Shown in pieces: positions 22,390-31,263 of a DNA stretch of 64,000 nt. The notes beneath the pieces are model-generated. The model made no database searches. It was not told where the DNA came from and was given only the letters and a program-made list of their open reading frames with translations. Made by a program: the position numbers and the translations under genes. The DNA is from Vicinamibacteria bacterium (GTDB lineage: Bacteria > Acidobacteriota > Vicinamibacteria > Marinacidobacterales > Marinacidobacteraceae): NCBI GenBank assembly GCA_965199715.1, contig OZ241322.1, positions 864,001-928,000 on the forward strand. Direction: 5' to 3'. Each line of letters begins with the position of its first letter. The stretch's first letter is position 1.

Positions 22390-22956
22390 TCAACGCGCCG
22401 CGCTCCTGAGGCTCAGCGCGCCGTCGAGAACCTCCACCGACTCGAGACTCCACGGGAGCGGAAATGGCTCGCCCGACGCGGGCCTCCGGTCGCCGGCGCC
22501 CTGGAAGGGAGCGACGAACATGGGGACGAGCGCGTCCTCGATCACGGTGGCCGGAAGCTCCATCCCGCCGATCACGGCGCGCCGCAGCGTGACCATCCCC
22601 AACCCGGCGTCGCCCTCCACCGCGAGCGTGAGCTCCACCGGCCGGGGCGCCGCGCCCGCGCCGCCGAGCGGGCCGAGACGCGCCGGGTCGAGGTCGCCGC
22701 GGAAGTCCACGACGCCGGGCCGCAGTCCGACCCGCACGCCGCTCAGCCCGGCCTCGGCCGCGAGCGAGGGGGCGACGATCGGGGACTGGAGGACGGCGTT
22801 CATCTCCGCTTCGGAGAGAACCACGGCGCCCGGCGCGCCGGCCATGAGGCCGAGCAGCTTGACCATGGCCTCGCCCCCCGCGTCCGGCGCCTGCGCCGCC
22901 GCGCCCGAGGCGACGACCAGCGGGAGGAGGGGGCGGACGAGCCTGCCAAGGCGCAT
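22390..22956 (-). CDS. Secreted hypothetical protein (possibly LmeA/DUF2993-like)
   Basis: Signal peptide (AAA-Q); LSEAEMNA..L and FPLPWSL..VEV..G.L pattern. Confidence 0.6.
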   Translation of the reverse strand: MRLGRLVRPLLPLVVASGAAAQAPDAGGEAMVKLLGLMAGAPGAVVLSEAEMNAVLQSPIVAPSLAAEAGLSGVRVGLRPGVVDFRGDLDPARLGPLGGAGAAPRPVELTLAVEGDAGLGMVTLRRAVIGGMELPATVIEDALVPMFVAPFQGAGDRRPASGEPFPLPWSLESVEVLDGALSLRSAAR

Positions 22957-22983
22957 GTTGGGAGCTTACTCCCGCCGCCGGGT

Positions 22984-22989
22984 TAGAAT
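22984..22989 (+). promoter_or_regulatory. -10 box of tRNA-fMet
   Basis: TAGAAT followed by a GC-rich discriminator, 23 nt before the tRNA. Confidence 0.55.
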
Positions 22990-23012
22990 GCCGGGTCCCA
23001 TCGCGGCTTGGA

Positions 23013-23088
23013 CGCGGGGTGGAGCAGTGGTTAGCTCATCGGGCTCATAACCCGAAGGTCGGGGGTTCGAATCCCCCCCCCGCAACCA
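23013..23088 (+). tRNA. tRNA-fMet (CAT), initiator
   Basis: CGCGGGG...CTCATAA...GTTCGAAT...CGCAACCA; C1-A72 mismatch; three G-C pairs at the end of the anticodon stem; CCA encoded. Confidence 0.97.
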
Positions 23089-23139
23089 GGCCGCCTGCGA
23101 TGATCGGGCCGCCGAAACGGCGGAAGCGAGACGAGCCGG

Positions 23140-24120
23140 ATGCCCCAAGTCCCGGTGGTGGACGAGCGGCGCCCGGCCCGCGCCGTGGTCGGAGCCGGCG
23201 CGCTGGTGCTGTTGTCGGGGACCGTCGGCTACATGTGGATCGAGGGCTGGCCGCTCGTGGACGCCGCCTACATGACGGTCATCACGCTCTCGACGGTCGG
23301 TTTCGGCGAGGTGCGGGACATGACCCCCGCCGGGCGGCTGTTCACGATCGGGCTGATCCTCGGCGGGGTGGCCACGCTCAGCTACGCCGTCACGGCGCTG
23401 GGGGAGGAGATCCCGAAGCGCCGCGAGCACCGCCTCAGGCGGAGGATGCGACACATGAAGGACCACGTGATCGTCTGCGGCCATGCGCGGATGTCGCGGC
23501 AACTCGTGGCGGGCCTCGCGCGCCGCCGCGAGGATCCGTGCGTCATCGACAGCGATCCGGCGCGGATCCGGGAGCTCGTCGACGCCGGCGTGCCCGCCGT
23601 GGAGGGCGACGCGACGCTCGAGTCGAACCTCGAGAAGGCCGGGCTCGCCCGCGCCCGCGCGGTCGCCGCGCTCCTCCCGTCGGACGCGGACAACCTCTCC
23701 ATCGCGATGACGGCGACCGGGGTGCATCCCGGAATCCGCATCCTCGCCCGCTCGGAGCGCGAGCGGTCCCGCGCGAACCTGCTGCGCGCCGGCGTGCGCG
23801 ACGAGGACGTCATCTCGCCGCACGGCGCCGCCGGAACGCGACTGTTCCAGAACCTGCTCCACCCCGAAGGCGCGGAGGTGCTCGCGACGCTTCACGAGCT
23901 GGTCCCGCTGGGGCTCGAGGTGACCCGCATGGTCGTGCGCGAAACCGACCCGATCGCCGGCAGGACGCTCGCCGAGGGGGAGGTCGCGCCCGGCAGGCGG
24001 GTCGTCGTGATGGCGGTGGAGCGCAAGGGCGCGAGCCCGGTCTTCGCGCCCCGCGGCGACCAGCGGATCGAGGCCGGGGACACGCTGCTGCTGCTGAACC
24101 ACAACGCACCGGAGTCGTGA
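23140..24120 (+). CDS. Potassium channel with RCK (TrkA-N/TrkA-C) domains
   Basis: TLSTVGFGE filter, HVIVCG, EGDAT...L..AG, C-terminal RCK_C. Confidence 0.9.
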   Translation: MPQVPVVDERRPARAVVGAGALVLLSGTVGYMWIEGWPLVDAAYMTVITLSTVGFGEVRDMTPAGRLFTIGLILGGVATLSYAVTALGEEIPKRREHRLRRRMRHMKDHVIVCGHARMSRQLVAGLARRREDPCVIDSDPARIRELVDAGVPAVEGDATLESNLEKAGLARARAVAALLPSDADNLSIAMTATGVHPGIRILARSERERSRANLLRAGVRDEDVISPHGAAGTRLFQNLLHPEGAEVLATLHELVPLGLEVTRMVVRETDPIAGRTLAEGEVAPGRRVVVMAVERKGASPVFAPRGDQRIEAGDTLLLLNHNAPES

Positions 24121-24476
24121 TCCGCGACCTCGTCGCCTCGTGGCGGGGCGGACTCGCCTTCACCGCGGTCTTCGTGCTGGTCACGTTCATCCGGTTGCCG
24201 CTCATGGGGTTCGCCTTCCACCCGGCGATCCTCCTGAACCTCGTGGTCGTGTTCGCGGCGGGATGCGTCGTCACGCTGCCGCTGCTGCGCATGGTCCGCC
24301 GCCGGCCGGCGCGCCACCGGCTCCTCATCGGGATGTGGGCCGCCGCGCTGCCGTTCGCGGCGCTCGGGGCGACGGTCGGCGGCCTCTTCGGCCCGATCGG
24401 GGTCGTCGTCCATGCGGCGATCCCGGCGTTCGTCGCGCTCGGCGCGGCGCGGCTCGTCATCGCGCTTACGCGCTGA
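24117..24476 (+). CDS. 4-TM hypothetical membrane protein
   Basis: GTGA overlap with the channel gene; four hydrophobic helices. Confidence 0.7.
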   Translation: MIRDLVASWRGGLAFTAVFVLVTFIRLPLMGFAFHPAILLNLVVVFAAGCVVTLPLLRMVRRRPARHRLLIGMWAAALPFAALGATVGGLFGPIGVVVHAAIPAFVALGAARLVIALTR

Positions 24477-24517
24477 ACTACCCTTCCTCGCCGGGGGGAG
24501 GGCGCAGGTCCGGACGG

Positions 24518-24800
24518 GTGCACTTCACGATCGGCGACGAGGCCGGGGAGTCGCTTGAGAACCTGCCTCGAGGCGGCCGGAGCGGCGCGGTGAACGAGGC
24601 CATCCTCGAGTGGTCCCTTGGGGCCGGGAATCGCAAGGCCGCTGCCGAGACTCGATGGATGAGATCGTGCGCTGGGTCCGTGAGAACCGGGCCCGCCCGC
24701 TGCGGTGATCGTGAACCGCGGCGCCTTCGTGACCGCCGACGAACGCCACGGAGTGCGTCGAACGGTCCCGGGAGCGGACGCCGTGACGCTCCGACCCACG
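24518..24800 (+). pseudogene. Eroded vapBC-like toxin-antitoxin remnant
   Basis: VHFTIGDEAGESLENLPRGGRSGAVNEAILEW (RHH-like), then GAFVTADER (PIN C-terminus) in another frame; no intact starts or stops. Confidence 0.5.
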
Positions 24801-24812
24801 GTCCGGGCGCCG

Positions 24813-24884
24813 AGCCGGCGAGTGGAATTGAACCACCGACCTGCTGATTACGAATCAGCTGCTCTGCCGCTGAGCTACGCCGGC
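24813..24884 (-). tRNA. tRNA-Thr (CGT)
   Basis: GCCGGCGTAGCTCAGCGGCAGAGCA-GCTGA-TTCGTAA-TCAGC...GGTTCAATTCC..GCCGGCT; CCA not encoded; TAGAAT on the minus strand at 24906-24911. Confidence 0.95.
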
Positions 24885-24931
24885 GCGCCCGAAATGCGGG
24901 CGTGAATTCTAGTCCGCCGAACCGCCTCGAC

Positions 24932-25507
24932 GTGAAGGGCGCCGGGTTCACGATCGGCTGCTCGAACCACGACTTCGAGACGTTCGTCGGCCTGCTGGCC
25001 GGCCACGGCGTGACCTGCCTCGCCGACGTCCGCTCGACGCCGTGGAGCCGCTTCCGGCCCGCGTTCAACATCCACGGCCGGCGCCGGCGCCTTCCCGAGC
25101 GCGGGATCGAGTACGCCTTCCTCGGCCAGGAGCTCGGCGGACGACCGGAGGATCCCGGCTGCTACGAGGACGGGCTCGTCCAATACGACCGGCTCGCCCG
25201 GACCGAGACGTTCCGCCCCGGCCTCGTTCTCGCCGAAGCGCTCGCCGGACGCCGCCGGGTCGCGCTCATGTGCGCCGAGAAGGAGCCGCTCTGCCGCCAC
25301 CGGACGCTGGCCCTGGCCCCGGCCCTCGAGGAACGAGGGACGACCGTCCGCCACATCCTGGCCGACGGGAGTCTCGAATCGCACGAGGACGCGATGACGA
25401 GGCTCATCGAGATGCGCGGCCTCGCGGGGTCGCTGCTCGTCCCCCGCGCCGAGTGCGTCCGGCAGGCGATCCGCCTCCAGACCGAGCGGGCGGGATATCG
25501 GACGTAG
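24932..25507 (+). CDS. DUF488 family protein
   Basis: FTIGCSN, LADVRS.PWSR, ELGGRP, LMCAE...HR; GTG 24932 preferred over 24902. Confidence 0.85.
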   Translation: MKGAGFTIGCSNHDFETFVGLLAGHGVTCLADVRSTPWSRFRPAFNIHGRRRRLPERGIEYAFLGQELGGRPEDPGCYEDGLVQYDRLARTETFRPGLVLAEALAGRRRVALMCAEKEPLCRHRTLALAPALEERGTTVRHILADGSLESHEDAMTRLIEMRGLAGSLLVPRAECVRQAIRLQTERAGYRT

Positions 25508-25769
25508 GGAGCGAGACGAACGGAACCGCCCCGCGACCCGGATCCGCGCCGATCCACCATGCGTCGCGGCGAGCTCGGGCACAGCGAGCGCGGGCTGGCC
25601 TCCGTTCGAGGTCGGGAGCGACCCGATGGAACTGGCCCCGAGAGGCCCGGTAGCGGCTCCGGCGGGTCCCCCTGGGTCCGTTCCCGGCCCCCGGGAGCCG
25701 CTGATCCGGCGCTCTCTCGCCCCGCGAGCCCGAACGCCGGCGACGCCTGGCTTCCCTGATCCGAGTGAT

Positions 25770-25990
25770 GGATCGCTTCCGCGGGCCGTCGCTCCGCCGC
25801 CGTCTCCAGCGCGGCTGGCTTTCCTGAATCAGACCGAACCCGGAGATTGCTTCCATTTGCGCACCTGCGGTCGGCGCCGACGGCGAGCAGGCTCCGGACG
25901 ATCGCCTCACGGCCGCGCCAAGCCGCGAAGTGCAGCTGCCGCGGACGCGCTCACGGCCGTGCCGGGCCGCGACGTGCGGCGGAGTCCCTA
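25770..25990 (-). pseudogene. Degraded ankyrin-repeat gene
   Basis: GTPPHVAARHGRE, frameshift, QLHFAAWRGREAIVRSLLAVGAD, then GSNLRVRSDSGKPAALETAAER. Confidence 0.65.
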
Positions 25991-26254
25991 CCGACGCACG
26001 CTTCTCCTTGGCGTCGTGGCGCCTTGGGAGGTGGATCGCGCCGTGGCGTGAGTCCGTCACGTTTTCGCGGACAGTTCACTATTTTCGGAAACTGTGCGGA
26101 ACTCCGTGCTTGGGGGCGTGAACTCTCCTGCGCGCCGGCGGGCGGAGGCGCGTTCGACTGCGACAAACTGCAACAAGGGGTGAGCGCCCGCCGGGATCGG
26201 CGAGCCGAGAAGCGTCGGCGGGGTTCCGGGGACGAGGGCGCGAGTCGCCCGGGC

Positions 26255-26995
26255 TCAGTGACGACCGGAGGTGCGCAGCATGACCCCGACCGTGAACACG
26301 GACGACGTCGGGGTCGGGGTGCCGCCCTCGGCGAGGCGGATGGACTCGTTCACGTCGAGGTAGCGGACGTGTCGGTAGTCGAAGGTGATCGACAGCGGGA
26401 AGTCGCCGAAGGGCACCTTGATCCCGGCGCCGGCGTGGAACGCTCCGGCGTCGAAGGGATCGGCGTCGCCCTCGCCGAGCTCGGAGGTCCGGGATCCGTA
26501 GCCGAGGGCGGCGTAGGGAGTGAGCGCCTCGAACGGCCACTGGAGGACGAGCGCGCCCGCCCGCTCGTCGCTCGTCTGGGTAAGCGCGTCCTCAAGCAGG
26601 ATCGTGCCCGCCTCCGCGTCGGTGACCGAGTACTGGAACTCGGTCGTGGTGCGGAACCACGATCCCTCCACGCCAATCCAGCGATTCAGGAAGAGGCTGG
26701 CGCGGGCGCCGTAGTGCTCGCCGAAGCCCACGTTCGCGGCGTCGGCGGAGACGGTCGCGAAGATGTTGCGCGAGACGCCGAGGTCCTCGCGCACCCGCTG
26801 GCTGCCGAGCAGGAACGCGACCTCGGCGCGCGACCAGGTGCCGCCCCGCGTGAAGACTGCATTCGACGGTCCGTTGCCGACCTGCGCGGCGGCTTCTCCG
26901 GCGTTCTCCCGAACCGACCTCTCCTGCGGCTCCGGCTCCGCGGCGGCCACGGCGGCCGCCGCCACGACGAGGAGCGCGGCGAGCGCGGCTCTCAC
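26255..26995 (-). CDS. Outer-membrane beta-barrel protein (OmpA/OmpW-like)
   Basis: Signal peptide; amphipathic strands IGVEGSW, TPYAALGYG, FHAGAGIKV, FDYRH; GTG overlaps the upstream stop. Confidence 0.75.
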   Translation of the reverse strand: MRAALAALLVVAAAAVAAAEPEPQERSVRENAGEAAAQVGNGPSNAVFTRGGTWSRAEVAFLLGSQRVREDLGVSRNIFATVSADAANVGFGEHYGARASLFLNRWIGVEGSWFRTTTEFQYSVTDAEAGTILLEDALTQTSDERAGALVLQWPFEALTPYAALGYGSRTSELGEGDADPFDAGAFHAGAGIKVPFGDFPLSITFDYRHVRYLDVNESIRLAEGGTPTPTSSVFTVGVMLRTSGRH

Positions 26996-27990
26996 CGCCG
27001 CACCTCGACGTTCGCCCGGGCGGTCTGGCCGGCCCGCACCGCCACGAACCGGGGCAGGAAGGCGGCGCGGAAGTCCCGATCCACCTCGTGGAAGGCGAAT
27101 CCGTACGCCAGGCCCGAGTGCTCGTCGGGCATCGGGTTCGCCCGCACGAGGTAGCTCCCGGGCGGGAGCCGCTCCACCTCGAAGTCGCCGTTGCGGTCCG
27201 CCCAGGCGCCGGTGAGCAGTTCCTGGATCGGCTCGTACACCGACACGTGCGCGTGCGCGACCCGCGCGCCGGTTCCGTCCACCACGGTTCCCCGGACGCC
27301 GCCGGACGGCGCGCCGGCGGCGGGATAGAGCACCGACGCGCCGTGCCGGTCGTCGTAGGTGAGCGTGCGCCCGCGAGTCGCGCCGCGGCCGAAGCTGTAC
27401 GGCCACATGATCGCGCTGCCCGCCAGAAGCCCGTCGTCGTCCTCCCGGCCCACGCCCGAGTGGCCGAGGCCCATGAAGTGGCCGAACTCGTGGACGAGCA
27501 TCGAGCGGGCGTCCCACAGGTCGTCGCGGGGGTCGTCGGCCCAGTTGTAGGCGGCGTTCACGAGGACGTCCGACTCCACGATCTCCCCGGTGGACTCGTC
27601 CACGAGCCACGACGTGACCGCGAGCGTCACGCGCGAGACGCCCAGCTCGGCGAAGTGCTCGTCGGTGGTGAACCCGACCGTGTTGGTCGAGTCGAAGAAG
27701 TCGAAGGGCCGCAGGTTCGTGAGCCCGCCGTAGTTCGCGCGGAACGTCGCTCCCGGTTCCCGGGCCCACGTCTCGACGGCGGCGCGCGTTTCCGCGACCA
27801 GCTCCTCGACGCTCAGGAGGTTGTCGCGCCGGTTCGTCACGTGGAAGGTCGGCTGCGACCCCTCGGCCCACCGGAACTCGGGCCCCTCCTGGAGCTGGTA
27901 GCCGGTCGCGTCCGGCGGCCCCGCCGGCGTCAGCGCGAACCCGAGCGGGACGGCGAGTCCGACCGGGCGGGCGAGTCGGCGGAGCGTCAT
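26992..27990 (-). CDS. Secreted matrixin (M10-like metzincin) metalloprotease with C-terminal carboxypeptidase-regulatory-like domain
   Basis: HEFGHFMGLGHS, Met-turn AIMWP, LTYDD..GA..LYP; G.VRGTVVD..G..V and NGDFEVERLPPGSY. Confidence 0.9.
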   Translation of the reverse strand: MTLRRLARPVGLAVPLGFALTPAGPPDATGYQLQEGPEFRWAEGSQPTFHVTNRRDNLLSVEELVAETRAAVETWAREPGATFRANYGGLTNLRPFDFFDSTNTVGFTTDEHFAELGVSRVTLAVTSWLVDESTGEIVESDVLVNAAYNWADDPRDDLWDARSMLVHEFGHFMGLGHSGVGREDDDGLLAGSAIMWPYSFGRGATRGRTLTYDDRHGASVLYPAAGAPSGGVRGTVVDGTGARVAHAHVSVYEPIQELLTGAWADRNGDFEVERLPPGSYLVRANPMPDEHSGLAYGFAFHEVDRDFRAAFLPRFVAVRAGQTARANVEVRR

Positions 27991-27996
27991 CCGGTC

Positions 27997-28557
27997 TCAG
28001 TTCGCGGCGGCGAGCGCTCGGGCGATGACGGATTCGACTTCGGCGAGCGTCGCCGGAGTCCGGGACGCCGCAAACCTCGCCGCCGGGTTCGTCCCGGCGT
28101 CCACGACCGTGAGGCCGGCGAGCGTCCGGTCGAGCACGGGCCCGCCCGGCCGCGGCGAGAGCGAGAACTTGCCGGCGGACAGTCCGAACACCCCCGGCGC
28201 GCCGCCTTCGGGCTGCTCCACGAAGACCAGCACGTCCTCGCCCAGCCGGAACTCCGGCATCCCGGACACCACCAGCCGAAACCCCTCGGCCGAGCCGCCG
28301 AGAAGCCGCAGGGTCACGAACGAACGACCCGCGTCCCCCTTCAGGAAGCGGTCCACCCGGATGGTCACGTAGGTGTGGATCCGGTTGCGGCGCAGCGCCA
28401 TGCGGCTTTGGACCCCGACGACCTCGCCCGCCACGATCGAGTCGGCCCCCGTCGCCAATTCGTCGAGCGGCAGGTAGCGGGTCACCGACGCCGGAGCGTC
28501 GGAAATGAGCCCGATGCACGCGAGCGCGATCGCCGCGGCGCGGCCTGCCAAGTGCAT
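27997..28557 (-). CDS. Secreted TIMP/NTR-like OB-fold protein
   Basis: Signal peptide; LDELA..AD.IV.GEV, V.RFLKG, F..GE.VLVF pattern. Confidence 0.65.
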   Translation of the reverse strand: MHLAGRAAAIALACIGLISDAPASVTRYLPLDELATGADSIVAGEVVGVQSRMALRRNRIHTYVTIRVDRFLKGDAGRSFVTLRLLGGSAEGFRLVVSGMPEFRLGEDVLVFVEQPEGGAPGVFGLSAGKFSLSPRPGGPVLDRTLAGLTVVDAGTNPAARFAASRTPATLAEVESVIARALAAAN

Positions 28558-28609
28558 CGCGACATGATAGCCGTGGGTCCGGGGACGCCCGGAGTAGCAT
28601 CCGGCGCCG

Positions 28610-29551
28610 GTGCGCGAGTTCGGAACGGTCGTCCGGGTGCACCGCAAGGAGGCCACGGTCCGGCTCGACGGCGGACGGCTCGCCCGGTGCGTTCCCGGCG
28701 GCCGGCTGTTCCAGGGCGGCGACGACGCCGTGGCCGCGGGCGACCGGGTCGCGCTCGAACGCGCCGGCCGATCCCGGCGGATCGCCGCGGTGGAGCCGAG
28801 GCGCAACGAGCTTCGCCGGGCCGTCGGGCCGCCGCAACGCCGCGAGTTCCGCGTCGTCGCGGTGAACGCCGACGGCCTCCTCGTGGTCTCCGCCTTCCGC
28901 GACCCGCCGTGGCGCGCCGGCCTGCTCGACCGGGCGCTCGTGGTCGCCTTCGACGCCGGAATGCCTCCGGCGCTGGTCTTCAACAAGCGGGACCTGGCGG
29001 ACGAGGCGGACCGCGCCGCGCTCGCCCTGGGCCTCGCTCCCTACCGCGGCCTCGGGCTCGAGGTCTTCGAGACCTGCGCCGTGAGCGGAGCGGGGCTGGA
29101 CCGGCTCGCCGGATTCCTGCGGGGCCGCCGGACCGCGCTCATCGGGCACTCCGGAGTGGGCAAGAGCGAGCTTCTCGCCGGGCTCGGCGTTCCCCGCCGG
29201 CGCGGGCGGGTGGACCGCTTCGGGCGCGGGCGGCACACGACGACCGCCGCCGAGATCCTCGCCCTGCCCGGCGGCGGCGAGGTGGTCGATACGCCCGGAT
29301 TCCGGGCGCTCGGGCTGGACGGGCTGACCCCGGATCGGGTCGCCGCCGCGCATCCGGACCTCGCCGCGCTCGCGGCCGCCTGCCGGTTCCGGCGCTGCTC
29401 GCACCGCAGCGAACCCGACTGCGCGATCCGGGCCGCGGCGGAGGAGGGGCGCGTGCCCGAGGCCCGCTACCGGAGCCTCGTCCAGCTCAGCGCGGAAGCC
29501 GCTGGACTCGTTCGTGGGGAGACGGACCCGCCGGCCGGCGCATCGGAATGA
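28610..29551 (+). CDS. rsgA: Ribosome small subunit-dependent GTPase
   Basis: NKRD, GHSGVGKS, GRHTT, DTPG, CRFRRCSHRSEPDC. Confidence 0.95.
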   Translation: MREFGTVVRVHRKEATVRLDGGRLARCVPGGRLFQGGDDAVAAGDRVALERAGRSRRIAAVEPRRNELRRAVGPPQRREFRVVAVNADGLLVVSAFRDPPWRAGLLDRALVVAFDAGMPPALVFNKRDLADEADRAALALGLAPYRGLGLEVFETCAVSGAGLDRLAGFLRGRRTALIGHSGVGKSELLAGLGVPRRRGRVDRFGRGRHTTTAAEILALPGGGEVVDTPGFRALGLDGLTPDRVAAAHPDLAALAAACRFRRCSHRSEPDCAIRAAAEEGRVPEARYRSLVQLSAEAAGLVRGETDPPAGASE

Positions 29552-31238
29552 GCGCGGCGATCGCCGACAGCGCCGCGTCGAGCCCCTCGCCGGTGCGCGC
29601 CGAGACCGGCAGCGCCGTATCGCCGGCGCGTCCGTTCCCGGCGACCCGGGCGAGCGCCGCCTCGCGCTCGGCGGGCGCGAGGCGGTCCACCTTGTTCATC
29701 AGGACGATGCGGGGAATGTCCGCGAAGCCGAGGCGTTCGAGGAGCGCGTCCACGGCGCGCCGGCGGCTGTCCAGCCGGCGGTCGGCGGCGTCCATGACGT
29801 GGAGCAGCACCGACGCCGCGGAAATCTCCTCGAGGGTCGCGCGGAAGGCGTCCAGCAGGGCCTCGGGGAGGTCGTGGATGAACCCCACGGTGTCGGCGAG
29901 AAGCACCTCGCGCTCGACCGGCGCCCGCAGCCGGCGCGAGGTCGGGTCGAGCGTCTCGAACATGCGGTCGCCCGCGGACGCCGCGCTGCGGGTGAGCCGG
30001 TTCAGGAGGGTCGATTTGCCGGCGTTCGTGTAGCCCACCAGCGAGACCACCGGCAGCCCCCGCGCCTCGCGTCGCCGGCGGCGGACGTCCCGCCGCCCGG
30101 CGACCGCCCGAAGGTCGCGCGTCAGCCGCCCGATGCGCTCGCGGGTCCGCCGCCGGTCCACCTCCAGCCGCGTCTCGCCCGGTCCGCGCCCGCCGATCCC
30201 GCCGCCCAGCCGCGAGAGCGAGGTGTCGCGCTGGACGAGCCGCGGCAGCCGGTAGCGAAGCTGGGCCAGCTCGACCTGCAGCTTCCCTTCCCGGCTGCGG
30301 GCCCGCCGCGCGAACACGTCGAGGATGAGCTGGGTGCGATCCAGCACCTTCAGGTCGGTGAGGGCGGAGATGTTCCGCGCCTGCGATGGGGTCAGGTCGC
30401 GGGAGAAGAGGATCGCGTCGGCCCCGGCCATGAGCGCCCGGATCACCAGATCCCGCAGCTTGCCCCGACCGAGCAGCGTGCCCGGGTCGAGCCGGCCCCG
30501 CCGCTGGAGCACCCGGTCCATGACCGAGAGCCCGGCGTCGCGCGCCAGATCCCCGAGCTCCTCGACTCGATCCTCCTCGACCGCGAGGTCGCCCTCGGTG
30601 ACCCCCGCGAGGATGGCGCGCTCCTCCGGCCCCCGCCGCGCATGGTCCGAAGCGCGGCGGGCGAACCGGCGCTCCAGTTCGGCGACCAGCTCGCCGCAGT
30701 CGAGATCCAATTGGCTCGGGGGCGCGGCGTCCAGAAGCTCCCACGGAACCTCGGCGGGCGGCGGGTTCAGGTGCGCCGCCCGGACCACGCCGGGCAGCCC
30801 GTCAGGACCGACGGTCAGCACCGCCATCAGGTCGAGGCGCATGAGCAGCAGATCGGTCAGGTCCTCGAGCGTGAGCGGCGCGAGGTCGGCGGGGTCGAAG
30901 CGCATCCCGGCCAGATCGACGGCCCGTCCGCCGCCCCGGGTTCCGGGAAGCTCGGTGCGGATCGCCCGCAGGCCCCGCAGCCGCTCGCCGGCGACCCGCT
31001 GCCGCTTCAGGTCGGGGAACTCGACCCCGTGGGCGTCGCCGACTCCGACCCAGGTCACCGCGCCCCGGCGGTTCACCAGAATCCCGATCTGGCGCCCGGT
31101 GAGGAGCGAGGCCTCGGCGAGCCGGCGGGCGTAGTCCTGCGGGAGCAGGACGGCGGGCGGCGTCCGCCGTTCCGCCAGCCGCTCGAGGAGCTTGCGCTCG
31201 CGGGACTTGAGGCCGGCGGTGCGGCCCTCGACCTTCAA
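29487..31238 (-). CDS. hflX: GTPase HflX, long N-terminal form
   Basis: GPGETRLEVDRR, GYTNAGKST, FETLDPT, DTVGFI, NKVD. Confidence 0.95.
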   Translation of the reverse strand: MKVEGRTAGLKSRERKLLERLAERRTPPAVLLPQDYARRLAEASLLTGRQIGILVNRRGAVTWVGVGDAHGVEFPDLKRQRVAGERLRGLRAIRTELPGTRGGGRAVDLAGMRFDPADLAPLTLEDLTDLLLMRLDLMAVLTVGPDGLPGVVRAAHLNPPPAEVPWELLDAAPPSQLDLDCGELVAELERRFARRASDHARRGPEERAILAGVTEGDLAVEEDRVEELGDLARDAGLSVMDRVLQRRGRLDPGTLLGRGKLRDLVIRALMAGADAILFSRDLTPSQARNISALTDLKVLDRTQLILDVFARRARSREGKLQVELAQLRYRLPRLVQRDTSLSRLGGGIGGRGPGETRLEVDRRRTRERIGRLTRDLRAVAGRRDVRRRRREARGLPVVSLVGYTNAGKSTLLNRLTRSAASAGDRMFETLDPTSRRLRAPVEREVLLADTVGFIHDLPEALLDAFRATLEEISAASVLLHVMDAADRRLDSRRRAVDALLERLGFADIPRIVLMNKVDRLAPAEREAALARVAGNGRAGDTALPVSARTGEGLDAALSAIAALIPMRRPAGPSPHERVQRLPR

Positions 31239-31263
31239 CCGGCGGCGCCGGCCCGCCGAAGGA

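Noticed and set aside
29487-29551. 65-bp convergent overlap of rsgA and hflX
   Set aside because: Only low-complexity tails overlap, as expected where stop codons are scarce
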